From: Rhizophagus irregularis
Lineage: Eukaryota
DNA length: 64,000 bases
Direction: 5' to 3'
Assembly: GCF_026210795.1 (NCBI RefSeq)
Contig: NC_089434.1
Span: 3,658,001 to 3,722,000, forward strand
A program made the position numbers and the translations under genes. This document shows, piece by piece, positions 12,594-26,107 of the stretch. Numbering within the stretch: the stretch's first letter is position 1; each line of letters starts with the position of its first letter. The notes under the pieces are model-generated. The model ran no database searches and was not told where the DNA came from. It saw only the letters and a list, made by a program, of their open reading frames with translations.

Positions 12594-15500
12594 AATTTGA
12601 GGCTCACAAATCAGTCTGATTTAATGATGAACGTGGTTGAACACTTTGAACATTTAATATTTAATCAAAAATCACATTATTACTAATAAGAAATTTTTTT
12701 TTAATTTAATTTTTATTTATTTAAAAATTTGGGGAACTGAGAAAATCAATAATTATTTTATTTTATTTTATATATGTTTTGATTGATTTATCATTATTAA
12801 TTTAACATCATTTCTGATCAAAATCAATGGTTTAATGATAGAGAATACATGTCAGAGAGAATACGCGTGATAGAGAGAACATTTGTGATAGAAGAATATG
12901 TATAGTAATGAGAATACGAATGTAGAGAATGTAGTACGTGTATTGAGAATACTTGCTGAATAAAAAAACATAAAAAAAAAATAACAACAGATATAATAAA
13001 TAAAAATAAAAAATCAAAATCAATCAGATCAAATCTAATAATCATTTCTCATTATTCAAGTTATTAGTAATTGGTCTTGAAACGTGTTTTTTTTTTAATT
13101 TAGTTTAGTTGTCTTCCCGCCGTCATAAAGATAGCACTTTGAATCTCCAATAATCCATTATTAAATGGAGTTCCTTCAGCTAATTCAGAATTTCATATAC
13201 TAGAAACTTAAATTAAGCATTGCTATTTGAATATTTATATACAACCTGAATTTGTAACAATAATGAATAAAATATATGTTTATTATATATGTTTATTAAA
13301 TAACAATTTATTTACAAATATAATTTAGTAGATTCTATATTAAAAAATAATAATAAAACATGAAATAAATAAAAAATAAACTAACTAGTTCGTAATAGAA
13401 TTTCTGGTAATGGTAATTTGACCCTGTATGAACCCTCCTGTATGAAACACAATATATGCGGATCAAGAAGGTAATATGCTAGTTATTGTGTAAAATAAAT
13501 AAAATAAACAGACCACCTTCATAAAAGGCGGTGGCACAAAAGTCAACTTTATCATCATCATCTTCCTCATCGCGAGACGCGCTAATTGGTAATACCTCTG
13601 CCAAGCTTCTATACCTCCAGAAAGGGATATAGAGTATAAAATGATCTGCTTATAGTAAGATATTGTAGAAATGATAATACTTCTCCATCGCCATTATACA
13701 GTACAAAGCCGTATCGTAATTTCTGATATCGATTTAAAAGACAGAACTGTAATTTCTGGTAACGGTCCTGTCCTGCGCAGTTGACACAACGTACATCTTT
13801 TTAAATTTCCGCGCCGAACTGTAGGATTAGGCCAGACCCGTAATTTCTGGAAGCGGATTAGGCCCAGCGTATATCTTTTTAAATTTCCGCGCATATGTTT
13901 GAAAGTAGATAGGCATAACATTTCATAATGACTCTTTCCGATAACCGTAATTTCTGACAACGGATTAGGTCCGAACTTGTCATTTTTTTTTGGTTTTTTT
14001 TTCATTTCACCTTTATAAATGGTAACGGTCTTGTTTCACTTTAAATTTCTGCGCGTGTGATTGAAAGTAAATAGGCGTGATATTTCATAATGGTTATATC
14101 TGCATATGGCTTCGTATGTTGCGCACAAACTTTTTTGAATAATGTGCGCTTTGTACGTATAAAGATAATCTGAATTTCCAACACTGGCGCCAAGTATTAG
14201 ATGTTTCTTTTAAAATATATATTCACGTAATAATTATTGATTTGGCGAAGGTGCGGTTGTTAAGGGTTTGAGATAATAAGGTTCTTGAAGTATTGTAATG
14301 TGAAGTTCAGAGGTTCGTGAGTTTTTTTATGAGGTTCGTGAATTTTTGTAAGGTGAAGCTCGGAGGTTTGTGAGGGTGAAAGAAACAATAAAAAATTTTT
14401 TTTGGGTTAAAAAGAAAGCAATGAAAACGAAAAAAAATAAACTCTTATAATTGATGGCACGACACGTCAACACGTCTACGTGCTATCTTATTGCACTTAT
14501 TGCACTTCTAAAAATAGTAAAATAATTAAAAAAACGCGTCCACCTGATCAACAATATTGCCTAGTATTTTCTGCACCCCCTTTTTTTTAGATGATCTGAC
14601 TTTTATTTTGATATACAGTATTATAATTTAGGTTAATCACCGGGGGTTATCATCACCGTTGGCCGGAATTATCAATTTTGTCATAATTTTAGTCACCGGT
14701 GATCATTACCCCCGGTGATAGTTAGGAAAATTCAATAATTAACACTATTTTAATAGTGATATTTCGTGATTGGTTGTTATGCTAATCGGCTATCCCAGAA
14801 AGGAAGGAAAAATTTGCTATATGAATTGATATTGAGTTGATAATTGATATCTGATATTGAGTTGATATTATATGATATCAATATTATGGACAATATAAAA
14901 AAAAAAAAATTTTGATCATGATCTGTGATCCGAGTTGATCAAAAATCTGAAAGCTAACCATATATTAACATCAAGGAATTATAAATTGGCTGGTCAAAAA
15001 TCTGTAAGCTAATCATATATTAATATTAAGAAATATTTATTATTCATATACATTGTTCAGGAGGCTGATTTTTTGTGATTAATTATAATATGAATTGAAG
15101 GAAGTTAAATATATATATCCGAATTTTATTAAAAAAAAATACTATATATATATCCAAATTATATATATAAATGATAATTTTCCAAATTTTATTTAATATA
15201 TATATATGTATCCAAAAAATATATCCGAATTTTATTGAAAAAAATATATACCGAATTTTATTAAAAATTTATTTATTAAAAAAAAACATTATATGAATTT
15301 ATTTATTAAAAAAAAAACATTACATGAATTGATTTATTTAAAAAAAATTATATATATTACATATTAATATTATAGGATATTTCAAATCAAATTTAGATGT
15401 TCCTATGTCCACATATTTTTTTTAATAAGTTTTTAATCTTGTGAAATAAATTTTATTGAATAATTTTATTTTGGATAGAAATGAAAAAATTTTTTTTAAA

Positions 15501-18500
15501 AAAATTAAATGTTGTTTTTTATAAATTTCAAAAAAAAATCTTCTTTTAAGACCAATTATAAGATTATTAAATCGAAACGTAAAAAACAATAAATTAAATT
15601 ATTTTAGATGAAAAAAAAATAAAATAAATTATTTATTTATTTCAAATGAAAATTAAATTATATCTTACCAATACTTTGTTTCTGCAAATAAGTGTTAAAA
15701 TTTATGGTATATATCATACTCTTTAGGGCCCTAGGGTATGACTCTAGTTTATATATGAAAAAATGATTTATTTTATTGTTATTGTTATCACCGATTTGGT
15801 CTGGAGTGATAACTAACATCAGAGAAGACTGATCAGTTGTGGCAAAAGGTCAAATAATAAGATTATAGGTGTTTCAATAATTTGTAATAAAATATAAGAG
15901 TATCACTAATAATTCCTAATAGAAAATTAGCAATAAAGGTGTAATTCTGGTAGATAATGTAAGAGTCTCTTAAGAATAAAAATCTATCAAACAAATAATG
16001 ACAAAACACGCAGGTAAAACAAGTAAAACACGCAAAAAGTTTACTGTAAAAAAAAAGAAACTAACAATCAAATCAAACAATACTTCGGATAACACAATCT
16101 AAACTCTCTGTTAGATCTACTCAGATGTTAACCACTTTTATTCAAAAGAAAATATTGCCCTATATATGTTTACATTTTCATACATGACAGTTTGAACTTA
16201 TCAATTTTATCCTATTATACTAATATGATTAATCAATCAATTGTCCTTTTCTCATTGCAATTATCTGCAAAAACCTTTCTATTGCCATTTTGTATAAGTT
16301 TCCATATGTCTATATGATTCATCAACTATGTAAATCTCAAGAAACTTCTCTAGCTAACTAATAAAGCAATTTTACTAATGTTATAATAACTAAACTGATA
16401 CTTATAATTGATATTTATGAGTCAAAAGCAATAATAATACTAAAAGTGGTTAATTAATGTAAATAACCAATAAAACTAAAATATGTTATAGAAATGTAAT
16501 AAACTCAGCCATAATCATGGGATTTCTGCGCGCTACATCATGTGACTTGTTCGATCAACAACTATTTCCATGGGTAACCCTAACAATAATTTTAAATAAT
16601 TCTTTCTGCATTATACTATTAAATAAAATAAGCAATATATATATTTTTTCTTTTACTAAAAAATAGTAAAAATATTAATACAATTAATTCTGTTACAAAA
16701 TATAAATAACTTTTCCAGATTTACTGAACAACTTTTTCTAAATGCTCAAAACTGATTTACTTTGACCAAAGTATTCAAATTGTATTGTGAATTAAAAAAA
16801 GTGTATTGTGATTATTCTTTTGTAAAAAAATTCATAACTTTGCAAGTATCTACTAAAACTTTGTATGCAAGTAGTTTCAAATTTACTAAACAACTTTACC
16901 TAGATTTTGACTAAAGTGCTAAAATTTCTCTAGTTTTTACACAAAATTTAGAAAAAAATAAAATAAAAACAATACTATTAAAATATAAAATAAAATATAT
17001 GTATCTTGTTTACTAAAGTTTATTTATTATTTTAAATAATATAGTTTATGTTAGTTATAAAATTTTAATAAGAATAAACATCTAATAATATATATTGATT
17101 GTGTAATATAAATCACTGAGATTACATACTTAAGCTTTTTTGATGGTAATGCTAGGAAAGATTGGCTTTAGATAACCTTGTCTTAGTTCATTATAAGATT
17201 TTTTTACAAACAGATTTGTTATAACCAGTAGCAACTGTACTATTACTTTTTTGTAATTAATTTGATTATCTATAAAAATGTAAAATAGGTTATATTTCAG
17301 GAATAAGAATTTAAATCAAATATAAAATAATTATTTACTTGCTATTATTTGATTATTATAGCTTAAAAATCAGATGGCTATAAGTACATAAAAAAAACTA
17401 TATATTTAAAAATGTTGCAGTCAAGTGGTGTTATATTTAATAAGAACTCATAACTGACTTTTTGCCAAAATTGACCCAATTTGCTCTTTTTTTATTTTTC
17501 GTTTTTTGCAATTATCTCAGCATATAGTGATCCGATACAAATTAAAAACAAGTTTATCAAAATCGGATCACTGATGCTGGGAAAATCGCAAAAAACTGAT
17601 TTTTCAATTTTCTAAAAAGGGATGAGTTGTTTTAAAGATGTCTGGTCACTCACTCCTTAAGTTCAAACCACTAGGGGCGCTAACAACTATCCCTGTAAAA
17701 AATCTGATCCGTGTTTTATCTTTCCATGTTTTTTCCGTGAATGTATCATTTTCATGGAATTAATAGCCTTAAATCATGGAAATTTTCATCTCGCTAACAC
17801 GGATATCCGTGAATGTATCATTTTCACGGAATTTTTACGGAAGACACGGAGAAATAATGGAAATATTCGGATAAAAATTTTTTATAGGGTATGGTGGTGG
17901 TGTATGAGAGTCGCAGGCTGTAGTGGCCTTTGAGTGAGCTTATATACCTAATATACGACCATAGAAGTGAGTGCTAGATGGTTGTAAGCCTGAATAGTTG
18001 GCATGCTTCAATTGCTTCATGACTAAAAATGAAAAATTATCAATAAATATTCCATAAGATTCGAGTGCATAATTGCATATAGGACAGATATAGGTGTATA
18101 CCATTCGGTATATAGTGTAACCATAACAGTTAACAATATATTGGCCAGTACTAATCCCATAAAGTTGGCCAAATTTATTTTATTTATTTTTGACTTAAAT
18201 TTACTATTAAATCTTAAAATTATATAACATATATAAATGGTATATACCGGCGGTATATACTCCTAAATATTATTTATCATCCTTACTAATTACATATAGT
18301 TAAATAATTTTCTTTTATAATATACTGTATATATATATTTAATAAAAATTATAAATAATTATAATAATTTGATAAGAAACATGGTTTTCTTTTAAAATTG
18401 TTATTTTATTTATTCCATAAATATTAGTTATATTTTAAATAAAAACCATTTTTTATTAAATTCTTTATCTTATATGTAAATTATGTAAATTTTGTAAAAA

Positions 18501-18548
18501 TAAAAAAAAATTAATTTTATAATTTTAAAAATAATAATTAAATATTTA

Positions 18549-19861
18549 TTATTTATTTCTTCTTTTTTTACCTGAATATTTTTTAATTATTTTATCTATG
18601 GCATGTAATAGATGCCTCCATTCATAAATCTTGATGTCTTTTTCCGCATTTCTTGGTTTTGCAAATGAATAAGACATCAAATCTTTATATATATCATCAC
18701 TATCATTCTTATTTTTACCAACTGTTATTGGTTTATATTCTTCAAGATTACGACGAATTCGATTCTTTTCATCTGAAGTAAGTCTAATTCCTGTTAGACT
18801 TTCAAGTAAATTTAGATAATCCGTTGAAGTGAAATACCATTTATCACATTGTGTTTTCTTATCATACCAATAAAGGCAGGAAACAAAAATACCATTTTTA
18901 GGCCGTTCAATTGGATCAACAGCTTTAAAAGAAGCCATAATTCGTTTTTTTGCTCTAGTTTTAAAAAATTGAACCACTCTTCGTCGAACATTCAACTCTT
19001 CTTGAGACCACAACTGTGTCATATCATTATGATTTCCATCAAAGGAAATTTGGACACCATTAAGCAAATCGGTCAAACTTTCCAAGGTAAAGATTCGAAT
19101 CTTGTGTTTACGATCTGTAGGATGGCTTGATGGTACTATGGGTTGTTCTGTGGATACATTAATAAAAGAAAAAAATAATAATTTAATAATGTACTATAAG
19201 ATAAATTATAAAACTTTTTTATACATACCAGGTTTGCAATCCAATGTTGCATCTGAAATTGCGTCTGAAATTGATGCATCTGAGATTGATGCATTTGAAA
19301 TTGATGAAATTGATGCATCTGAAATTGATGCATCTGAAATTGTTGACAAATCTGAAGTTATTGGATAATAACAATAATTATCGTAAGGAATCTTAGATGA
19401 ATTGTTATTATCGCTTAATGCATTCGAAATTGATGAAATTGATACATCTGAAATTGTTGACAAATCTGAAGTTATCGGATAATAGCAATAATTATCATAA
19501 GGAATCTCAGATGAATTATTATTATCGCTTAATGCATTCGAAATTGATGAAATTGATACATCTGAAATTGTTGACAAATCAGAAGTTGTTGGATAATAGC
19601 AATAATTATCATAAGGAATCTCGGATGAATTGTTATTATCGCTTAGTGCATTTGAAATTGATGAAATTGATACATCTGAAATTGTTGACAAATCTGTAGT
19701 TATTGGATAATAGCAATAATTATCGTAAGGAATCTCAGATGAAGTTAATGAATAATCTAAATAAAAAATTTTTTAAAAAATATAAATTAATTTTTTCAAT
19801 TTGAGAAGAACATAAATTTATATTACATAAAAAAATATATATATATACCAATTATATTCAT
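18549..19861 (-). CDS. Medusa/MedA-like fungal developmental regulator (C-terminal MedA-type domain) with Ser-rich tandem-repeat N-terminus. Exons 19861-19849, 19756-19229, 19147-18549
   Basis: C-terminal WSQEELNVRRRVVQF...SCLYW...TSTDYLNLLESL...EKNRIRRNLE...KPRNAEKDIKIYEW...IIKKYS resembles the conserved MedA/Ren1 domain as I recall it. Two GT..AG phase-1 introns join the ORF-track pieces in frame from ATG at 19861. Confidence 0.75.
19250..19745 (-). repeat. Coding minisatellite: about 3.5-4 copies of a 114-nt (38-aa) unit followed by 15-nt (ISDAS) units
   Basis: STISDVSISSISNALSDNNNSSEIPYDNYCYYPxTSDL repeats with a 114-nt period (e.g. ggaatc at 19501 and 19615). Confidence 0.9.
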
Positions 19862-22699
19862 TGTTAAAGGAAAGAGAGAGACTTTATTACTTTTGTCAAC
19901 GGATAGGAACAAGGATAGGAAGGGATATCACGGATAGAAAGAGGTTTATTACAGATAGGAAGTAGGTTTTAATACTTTCACCATCACGAATAAAAAAGAA
20001 AAAATAAATAAAGGATAATGAACCTTTTTATATACATTATATAATCAAGCATTTTATCTATATCGATATATTATTATATGTTATATATTGTAATAATTAC
20101 AATATTGAAAAAAATGTTTGTGTGACTATAATTTCATCATGCAATATTTTACTCGAAATTACAAACCTAGGTTCATTAGATCAATTTAATACGTAAGCAT
20201 AAGCATATGAGAAAAATAAATAAAACGCTTACAACATCAAAATTTAATTAATAATATAATTAAATTAAAAACATAAAAAAAAAATAATATATTCATCCAA
20301 TAATTTTGAAACTTTGAAGAGATTCCGTAAATGGAATAATAACGACACAGACCATATAATTATCAAATAAAAAAAGTCAATTTTTTTTTTTTAAAAAAAA
20401 GAAGTTAGCCCTTTTTTCGATCTACGATCTGGTAAATCAAAAAATCCAAATTATTGTTTTACAAATTTAGCTTCTAACCGTATTACAAATGTAATCATTG
20501 CTGCACTTTGAATTTTTAATAGCAAGTTCATCTATAACAGAAAAAAAACTCCAGAAATTTTCAATAAACATTTGAATCGTGATTTATATAGATCAAGGGA
20601 GAATTATCTATTTTTTTTATTACTTGAAATGTTTTACAATCGAGAAAACGATAATAAAAAAAAAGATGAAAATATATGAAACTAACAAGCCACTTTTTTT
20701 TCCCATCTTTTACTAAGTAATAAAACCTGTTTGATGAAAAATGAGATGGAAACTATCCTAAAAGATATAAAGCTAAACTTAATTTATTAAAAATTTAAAT
20801 TATTATATACAATATGATATACATATTTATATATACATGACATATAAATATGAATATAACAAAATTTTCTGCGGTCATCTGGAATAATGAGTAGATGTTA
20901 TATTAACAATAGTTATGTAGACAATATGAATTACGAATATGAATTACGAGTAAAAATGACTAATAACAACAAATTCGCAATACATATAATAATTTGCATC
21001 AATCTTACTAAATATGATTAGATCTCATGGTGTGAGAGTTTTATTAAACTTCTAAATTGCGTATATTTAGTTAAAATGTTTAAGAATTTTATTTATTTTC
21101 TTTATTAAACAAATGTTTCTCACGTGATTAATATTTATAGCCAATTAAATTAAGTTAGATCACGTTTCTTAATTGTTTGTTCCTTTACGCGTTGAAATTT
21201 GAAAATTATTGTTTTTCATAAAAAAAATTTTTTAATGGTACGCTTCTCTGTTTACCTACAAATTATAAAAAAAATTTTCAACTCCCTTCGAATGCTGTAC
21301 TTTATCGTCTATATATTATGAAGTTGGATGATAGGGAATTTGTAACCATGTAGCGATTGTAGCGTGTACCAAGTTCACCATCACGGCGGACTATAGGGGG
21401 TCTCCTTATATAAATATACTAGTCCATTAACCTAAGTGATGGTAGTCGGCCATAGGTACAGCGATGCTACTTTGGTTGAGATATACCATTGCCATGGTTG
21501 GGTGTATTAGAGATGTCTGGGATCCTTATTTAGACTAGTTATATAAATAAATCTGTAGCACTATTTTCATTTGTTCAATAATCGAGCATCCTTAGTGTAC
21601 AGTAGGAATATATAATTAACATACAAGTTATGTGACAAATAGTGACAACAAATAAATTTTCAAATTTCAAGTGATCATTTTTATTTTATTTATTTTATGT
21701 AAAGTCGGAAGGACTATTCTAAGAGAGCATTAATTACAAGAATTGCGCCCAACTTTTAGTCCATCATCTATCCCGAGGGGCAATTTCAAGTGATCAAGTC
21801 CCAAGGATAAAGGGATGATATGGATATTATCAAATCACATGATCGAACACGTTCCCCAAGTTATGGTGCGATTATCAGTGATTTTTTTGAAAAATTTGTC
21901 AAACGAAATTATAATTCTAGCCAGCACTATAACTTTAGTCTAAATTATCCAGAAGTTATACTGTATAACAAATTCATTATATACCGAATTAAACCTCCTG
22001 GAACAAAGGATTCATTATATCCGCCGGTGGTAACCGTATTTTCATATTACTTTTATGTTTTATATATACAGTATATTTGCAAGAGAAATGCCGGAGTTCT
22101 TGACGAAAATGTTATTCTGAAATATTAAATATCATCATTCTTTTTTTTTGTTTCATTTTTTTTTAACATATCAACTATTATTATTATCAATAATAAATAT
22201 TCTTTTATCCAAATTTACGTTGAATAAATTTTTTTTACTTAAATTATAAAATTTTAAATTTTTATATTTTACATCCTCTCACTCCAAAATTAAATGATCC
22301 TTTCTCTTTTTTTATAAATTTTAGAGTATTCGATTGACTATTAGTGAAAAATGTGAGCAATTTTTATGTTCGAATTATTAATGCAATTTACCTGCTGTCA
22401 GCAGATGCTCAGTAAATCTGCTTAGTGAAATTTTTGGATGTTTGTTTAAGACTTCTCATATATCAAATTATCCATCAATTTTCTGATCCGAATCTTTCTC
22501 TTGAAGTTCTTTAGTACGTGGATAATTATAAAGCGTAAGATGTAAATAATATTGCTTTATTTATTATTATTATTTATGTGATTTAACTAATAATGTTTTA
22601 GAATGTAGATATTAATTTTACATTATTATAATAGCATGCAAAAGTACTGTAAAATTATTTATTTATTTGAAGTTTAATAAATAAAGTTTGGCAAAATCT

Positions 22700-23723
22700 T
22701 TTACTATATTCTTACAAATTATGTCACTTATCAATCAAAACAAACAACCAATTTTTGAAAAAATTCGTTATTTCCAACTCAAACTTGATAAGTTATATTA
22801 TAAATTCAAATTCATACAAAGCAGAAAGTAATAAATAATTAAAAAAGTGAAAAAATCTAATTTCTCTTAGGTTAGTTAGTTGGTGCTGATTTAGTTATTA
22901 TTTTTGATAATTCTTCAGTTTTTTTCTTATCAATATATTGTAACTATTAGTAATGAATATTGATCTCAATTTTTGGCAAGCTTTTAATAATGAAATGTTC
23001 TAATAATAGTGATAAATTTTTAATCAAGATTTTCGTGGATTTTACAAATAAAGATGAGAAATTCTTCATTATAATCATTTTCAACAAACCAACCCCATAA
23101 CCGTCAAATCGTAATTAAATTTCTCTGAGGCGTCCACCACTATTTTCAATTATAATAGAAGCATCAATTAATGAAATGAATTAAATCAATTAAAGATGCC
23201 AACATTTGATACTTTTAATTTATGAAGTTTTGTGAGTAAATCTTGTATACAATAAATTAAGGGACATTATTAAATGATTAAGAACATGCTAATACAAGAA
23301 AAATTTCCTTGTAGAAATCAGATGAGCTTTAGCTTCTGGGAAATAAAACATTTCATGTTTGTTTGATTTAATATTCAAATATTTCAATTCACATTTACTC
23401 ATTAAAAGATTGTAAATTTCTTGTGCAAAAGAAATTGATTATATGAGTTTAAAGCTCCTATAGGAATTATAAAATTCATAAATATCTATATCAATATTCT
23501 TGCAGAACAAATAAAAATGAATTGTGTAAAATTTGGGGTACTAGAATTTTTAGGTATTCTTTACATTGACACAGCTTTTAAGTGCTCAGACATTCATATC
23601 ACCCTGTGTAGAATTATAAAGTCCTTCGTCACACTTCGGACTAATTAGGAATGAAAAGAGAGATTTTGAAACCTCTTTCAGTTCTTCTAAATCAAAAAGA
23701 ATATCTTTATTAAGCTTTGGCAT
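22700..23723 (-). pseudogene. Decayed tandem paralogue of the adjacent F-box/LRR gene
   Basis: Starts ATGCCAAAGCTTAATAAAGATATTC (MPKLNKDIL; the intact gene has MPELNKDIL). Shares further blocks (taattatgaagttttgt, ccactattttcaattata, aatctaatttctcttagg, ggtgctgat) but has deletions, frameshifts and no long ORF. Left end approximate. Confidence 0.8.
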
Positions 23724-24649
23724 TTTCTTCTATTACATTTTAACAAGGATATTTATAGAAGTGATATTTTATATGGTATTGAGACAGAAAAAAACTAAAA
23801 GGAACAAAAATTTGAAAATTTATAAAATCCTCACCTTCGTCGGATTATTCTGTGCGACTTAAAATGCTGTTCAAATAATGTTTAGCAACATTAATAGATT
23901 ATTTAATGATCATTGGTGGTGAGTGAGCGTTAAAATTATAATTTCTTTCTCTTTTTTAATTCATAATACATAATAATCTGCATATTTACATTTTTACATT
24001 CCACTCATTCTACCTTTTCACAAAAAAAAAATTGCTTAATAAATTAGATTGGGCACTGAAATTATTTATGCAGTTTTTCTGTACGATATTTGTTGAATGA
24101 AGTGTTAGTGGAATATGGTTTGACTTATGTATAATATATAGAAGTTATGTTATATTTGTAATATAACTTATGCAATCAAATTGAGAATAAAAATTCATAT
24201 AATAAAACAAGAAATCTATAAATCTTGATCAGCAGATGCTCAATAAATTTCCCATATATTATTATCCTAACAAAACTCTTTCATTTGAAGCACTTTATTA
24301 TTGTGATATATATGACCAGTATGACATATTAGAAAAAGGCGTAAGATGTAAATAGCCGTATTATTTCTCATTTACATTATACATTCGATATGAATATTTA
24401 TATATAGTTATTATTCCAAAATATAGAATTGTTAATGGAATATTAAGCTTTATCGCAAAAAGTTCAAATTCTCAATTTTACGTATATATATATAGATAAA
24501 ATTCTGGTAAACATTTTTTATTTGTAACTTATAATACGATTCTTACAAACTTAATATTACATACAACGCAAAGAAATAATACAAACATATTTAATAAATA
24601 TAAACATATGATATGTGATAAATTATGACTGAGCTATTTTACTTTAAAT

Positions 24650-26107
24650 TTAATAGTATATATTATTTCTTCCAGGATCACACCTAAATTCTCTAATTAC
24701 TCCATTTTCTTTATATTTATCGATCAATTTCATATAGTCATCTCCCTTATATATAGGATCAGATGTAAGTATAGTAAGTGCAGGCCGGTCCTTCCAATTT
24801 TTAAAGAATGTCTCCAAATTTTTCAAAGAAAATTGAAATTCTTTAAAAAATCTAATTTCTCTTAGGTTTTTCGGTGCTGATCTAATCAATATTTTTAATA
24901 ATTTTTCTCCAGTTTCTTCTTTATTAATACTTGGTATACTTAATAATAATGATTTCAAAGTTTGACAACTTTTTAATAACGTTTCAAATTCAGTGAAATG
25001 ATCCGCTGTTGATAGAAATAGTAATGATAAATATTCAACTGAAGGACAATTTTGATGGACTTTACAAATAAAATTAAGAGAATCTTCACCAAGGTTATCA
25101 TACCAATATCCGTAATCAATATATCTTAATAAAATTCCTCTGAGATGTCCTCCACTATTTTCAATTATAGCAGAAGCTTCATTTAACGAAGTGAAATCAA
25201 TATTAAAGGCCTCAAGTTCATGATATACCAACATTTTTAATTGGATTTCAGAAAAATAAACATAAACATTATTAATTATTAACGTTTTTAATTTATGAAG
25301 TTTTGTAAGTACATCTTGTATGATTGTGTGTTCATAACAATCAATAAAATCAAGGAACAATATTAAGTGATTAAGAGCGTCAGCTTTTTGTGCTAATGCA
25401 AGAAAAATTTCTTTATAAGGATCTTCTATAAAATCTTCATCGTCAAAATCATCCTTCAACTCAAAATATTTTAGATTTCTTTGATTTTCAATTAATTTGA
25501 CTAATCCATGATTAATTTTCATTTTTCTGTTTATAATAATAAGTCTTTGTATATTTTGACAAATACGGGCTAATCCATGAAAGTATGAAGAATCAATATA
25601 TGTATCACATTCTAATTCGCAAAGTGATTCAAGTCGAGTCTTAGCTCCTGGAAAGTAAAATATTTGATGCTGAAGTGATCTAATATTAATATACTTAAAT
25701 TGAGAACATTTCCTCATTAAAAGATTGTAAATTTCTAGTTGTAAAAGAAATTGATTATATGATTCTGAAGTTCCTATAGAAATTATATCATTCAATATGT
25801 CTACATCTATACTTCTGCAAAAAGATAAGTAATCAAATAAAAGAGGTTGATGTAAAATAGGAGGTAAGAAGATTTCTTGACTTATTAGAGATTCTTTAAT
25901 ATCATCTGATAGATAGGAAATGATAAAAGAGTATAATGAATTTTTATTACGATAATTAATATTATAGCACCAAGGGTTTTTCCATAAGATTGGAATAACA
26001 GTTTCGCACCAAAGCCTATTAACCATTAGGCATGAAAAGAGAGATTTGGAATCTTTTTTTAATTCTTCAAAAATTAAAAAAAGAATATCTTTGTTAAGTT
26101 CAGGCAT
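24650..26107 (-). CDS. F-box / leucine-rich-repeat-like protein (485 aa, intronless)
   Basis: N-terminal F-box-like LNKDILFLIFEEL...LFSCLMVNRLWCETVIPILWKNPW followed by LxxLxL-type repeats. This architecture is typical of a family expanded in Glomeromycotina. Confidence 0.85.
   Translation of the reverse strand: MPELNKDILFLIFEELKKDSKSLFSCLMVNRLWCETVIPILWKNPWCYNINYRNKNSLYSFIISYLSDDIKESLISQEIFLPPILHQPLLFDYLSFCRSIDVDILNDIISIGTSESYNQFLLQLEIYNLLMRKCSQFKYINIRSLQHQIFYFPGAKTRLESLCELECDTYIDSSYFHGLARICQNIQRLIIINRKMKINHGLVKLIENQRNLKYFELKDDFDDEDFIEDPYKEIFLALAQKADALNHLILFLDFIDCYEHTIIQDVLTKLHKLKTLIINNVYVYFSEIQLKMLVYHELEAFNIDFTSLNEASAIIENSGGHLRGILLRYIDYGYWYDNLGEDSLNFICKVHQNCPSVEYLSLLFLSTADHFTEFETLLKSCQTLKSLLLSIPSINKEETGEKLLKILIRSAPKNLREIRFFKEFQFSLKNLETFFKNWKDRPALTILTSDPIYKGDDYMKLIDKYKENGVIREFRCDPGRNNIYY

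Noticed and set aside
13694..14005. 103-aa minus-strand ORF
   Set aside because: Made of imperfect cgtaatttctg repeats, probably a transposon subterminal region; no protein motif.
21350..21625. Possible solo LTR (TGTAGC start, TATA and AATAAA, higher GC)
   Set aside because: No convincing TSD or second copy in the window.
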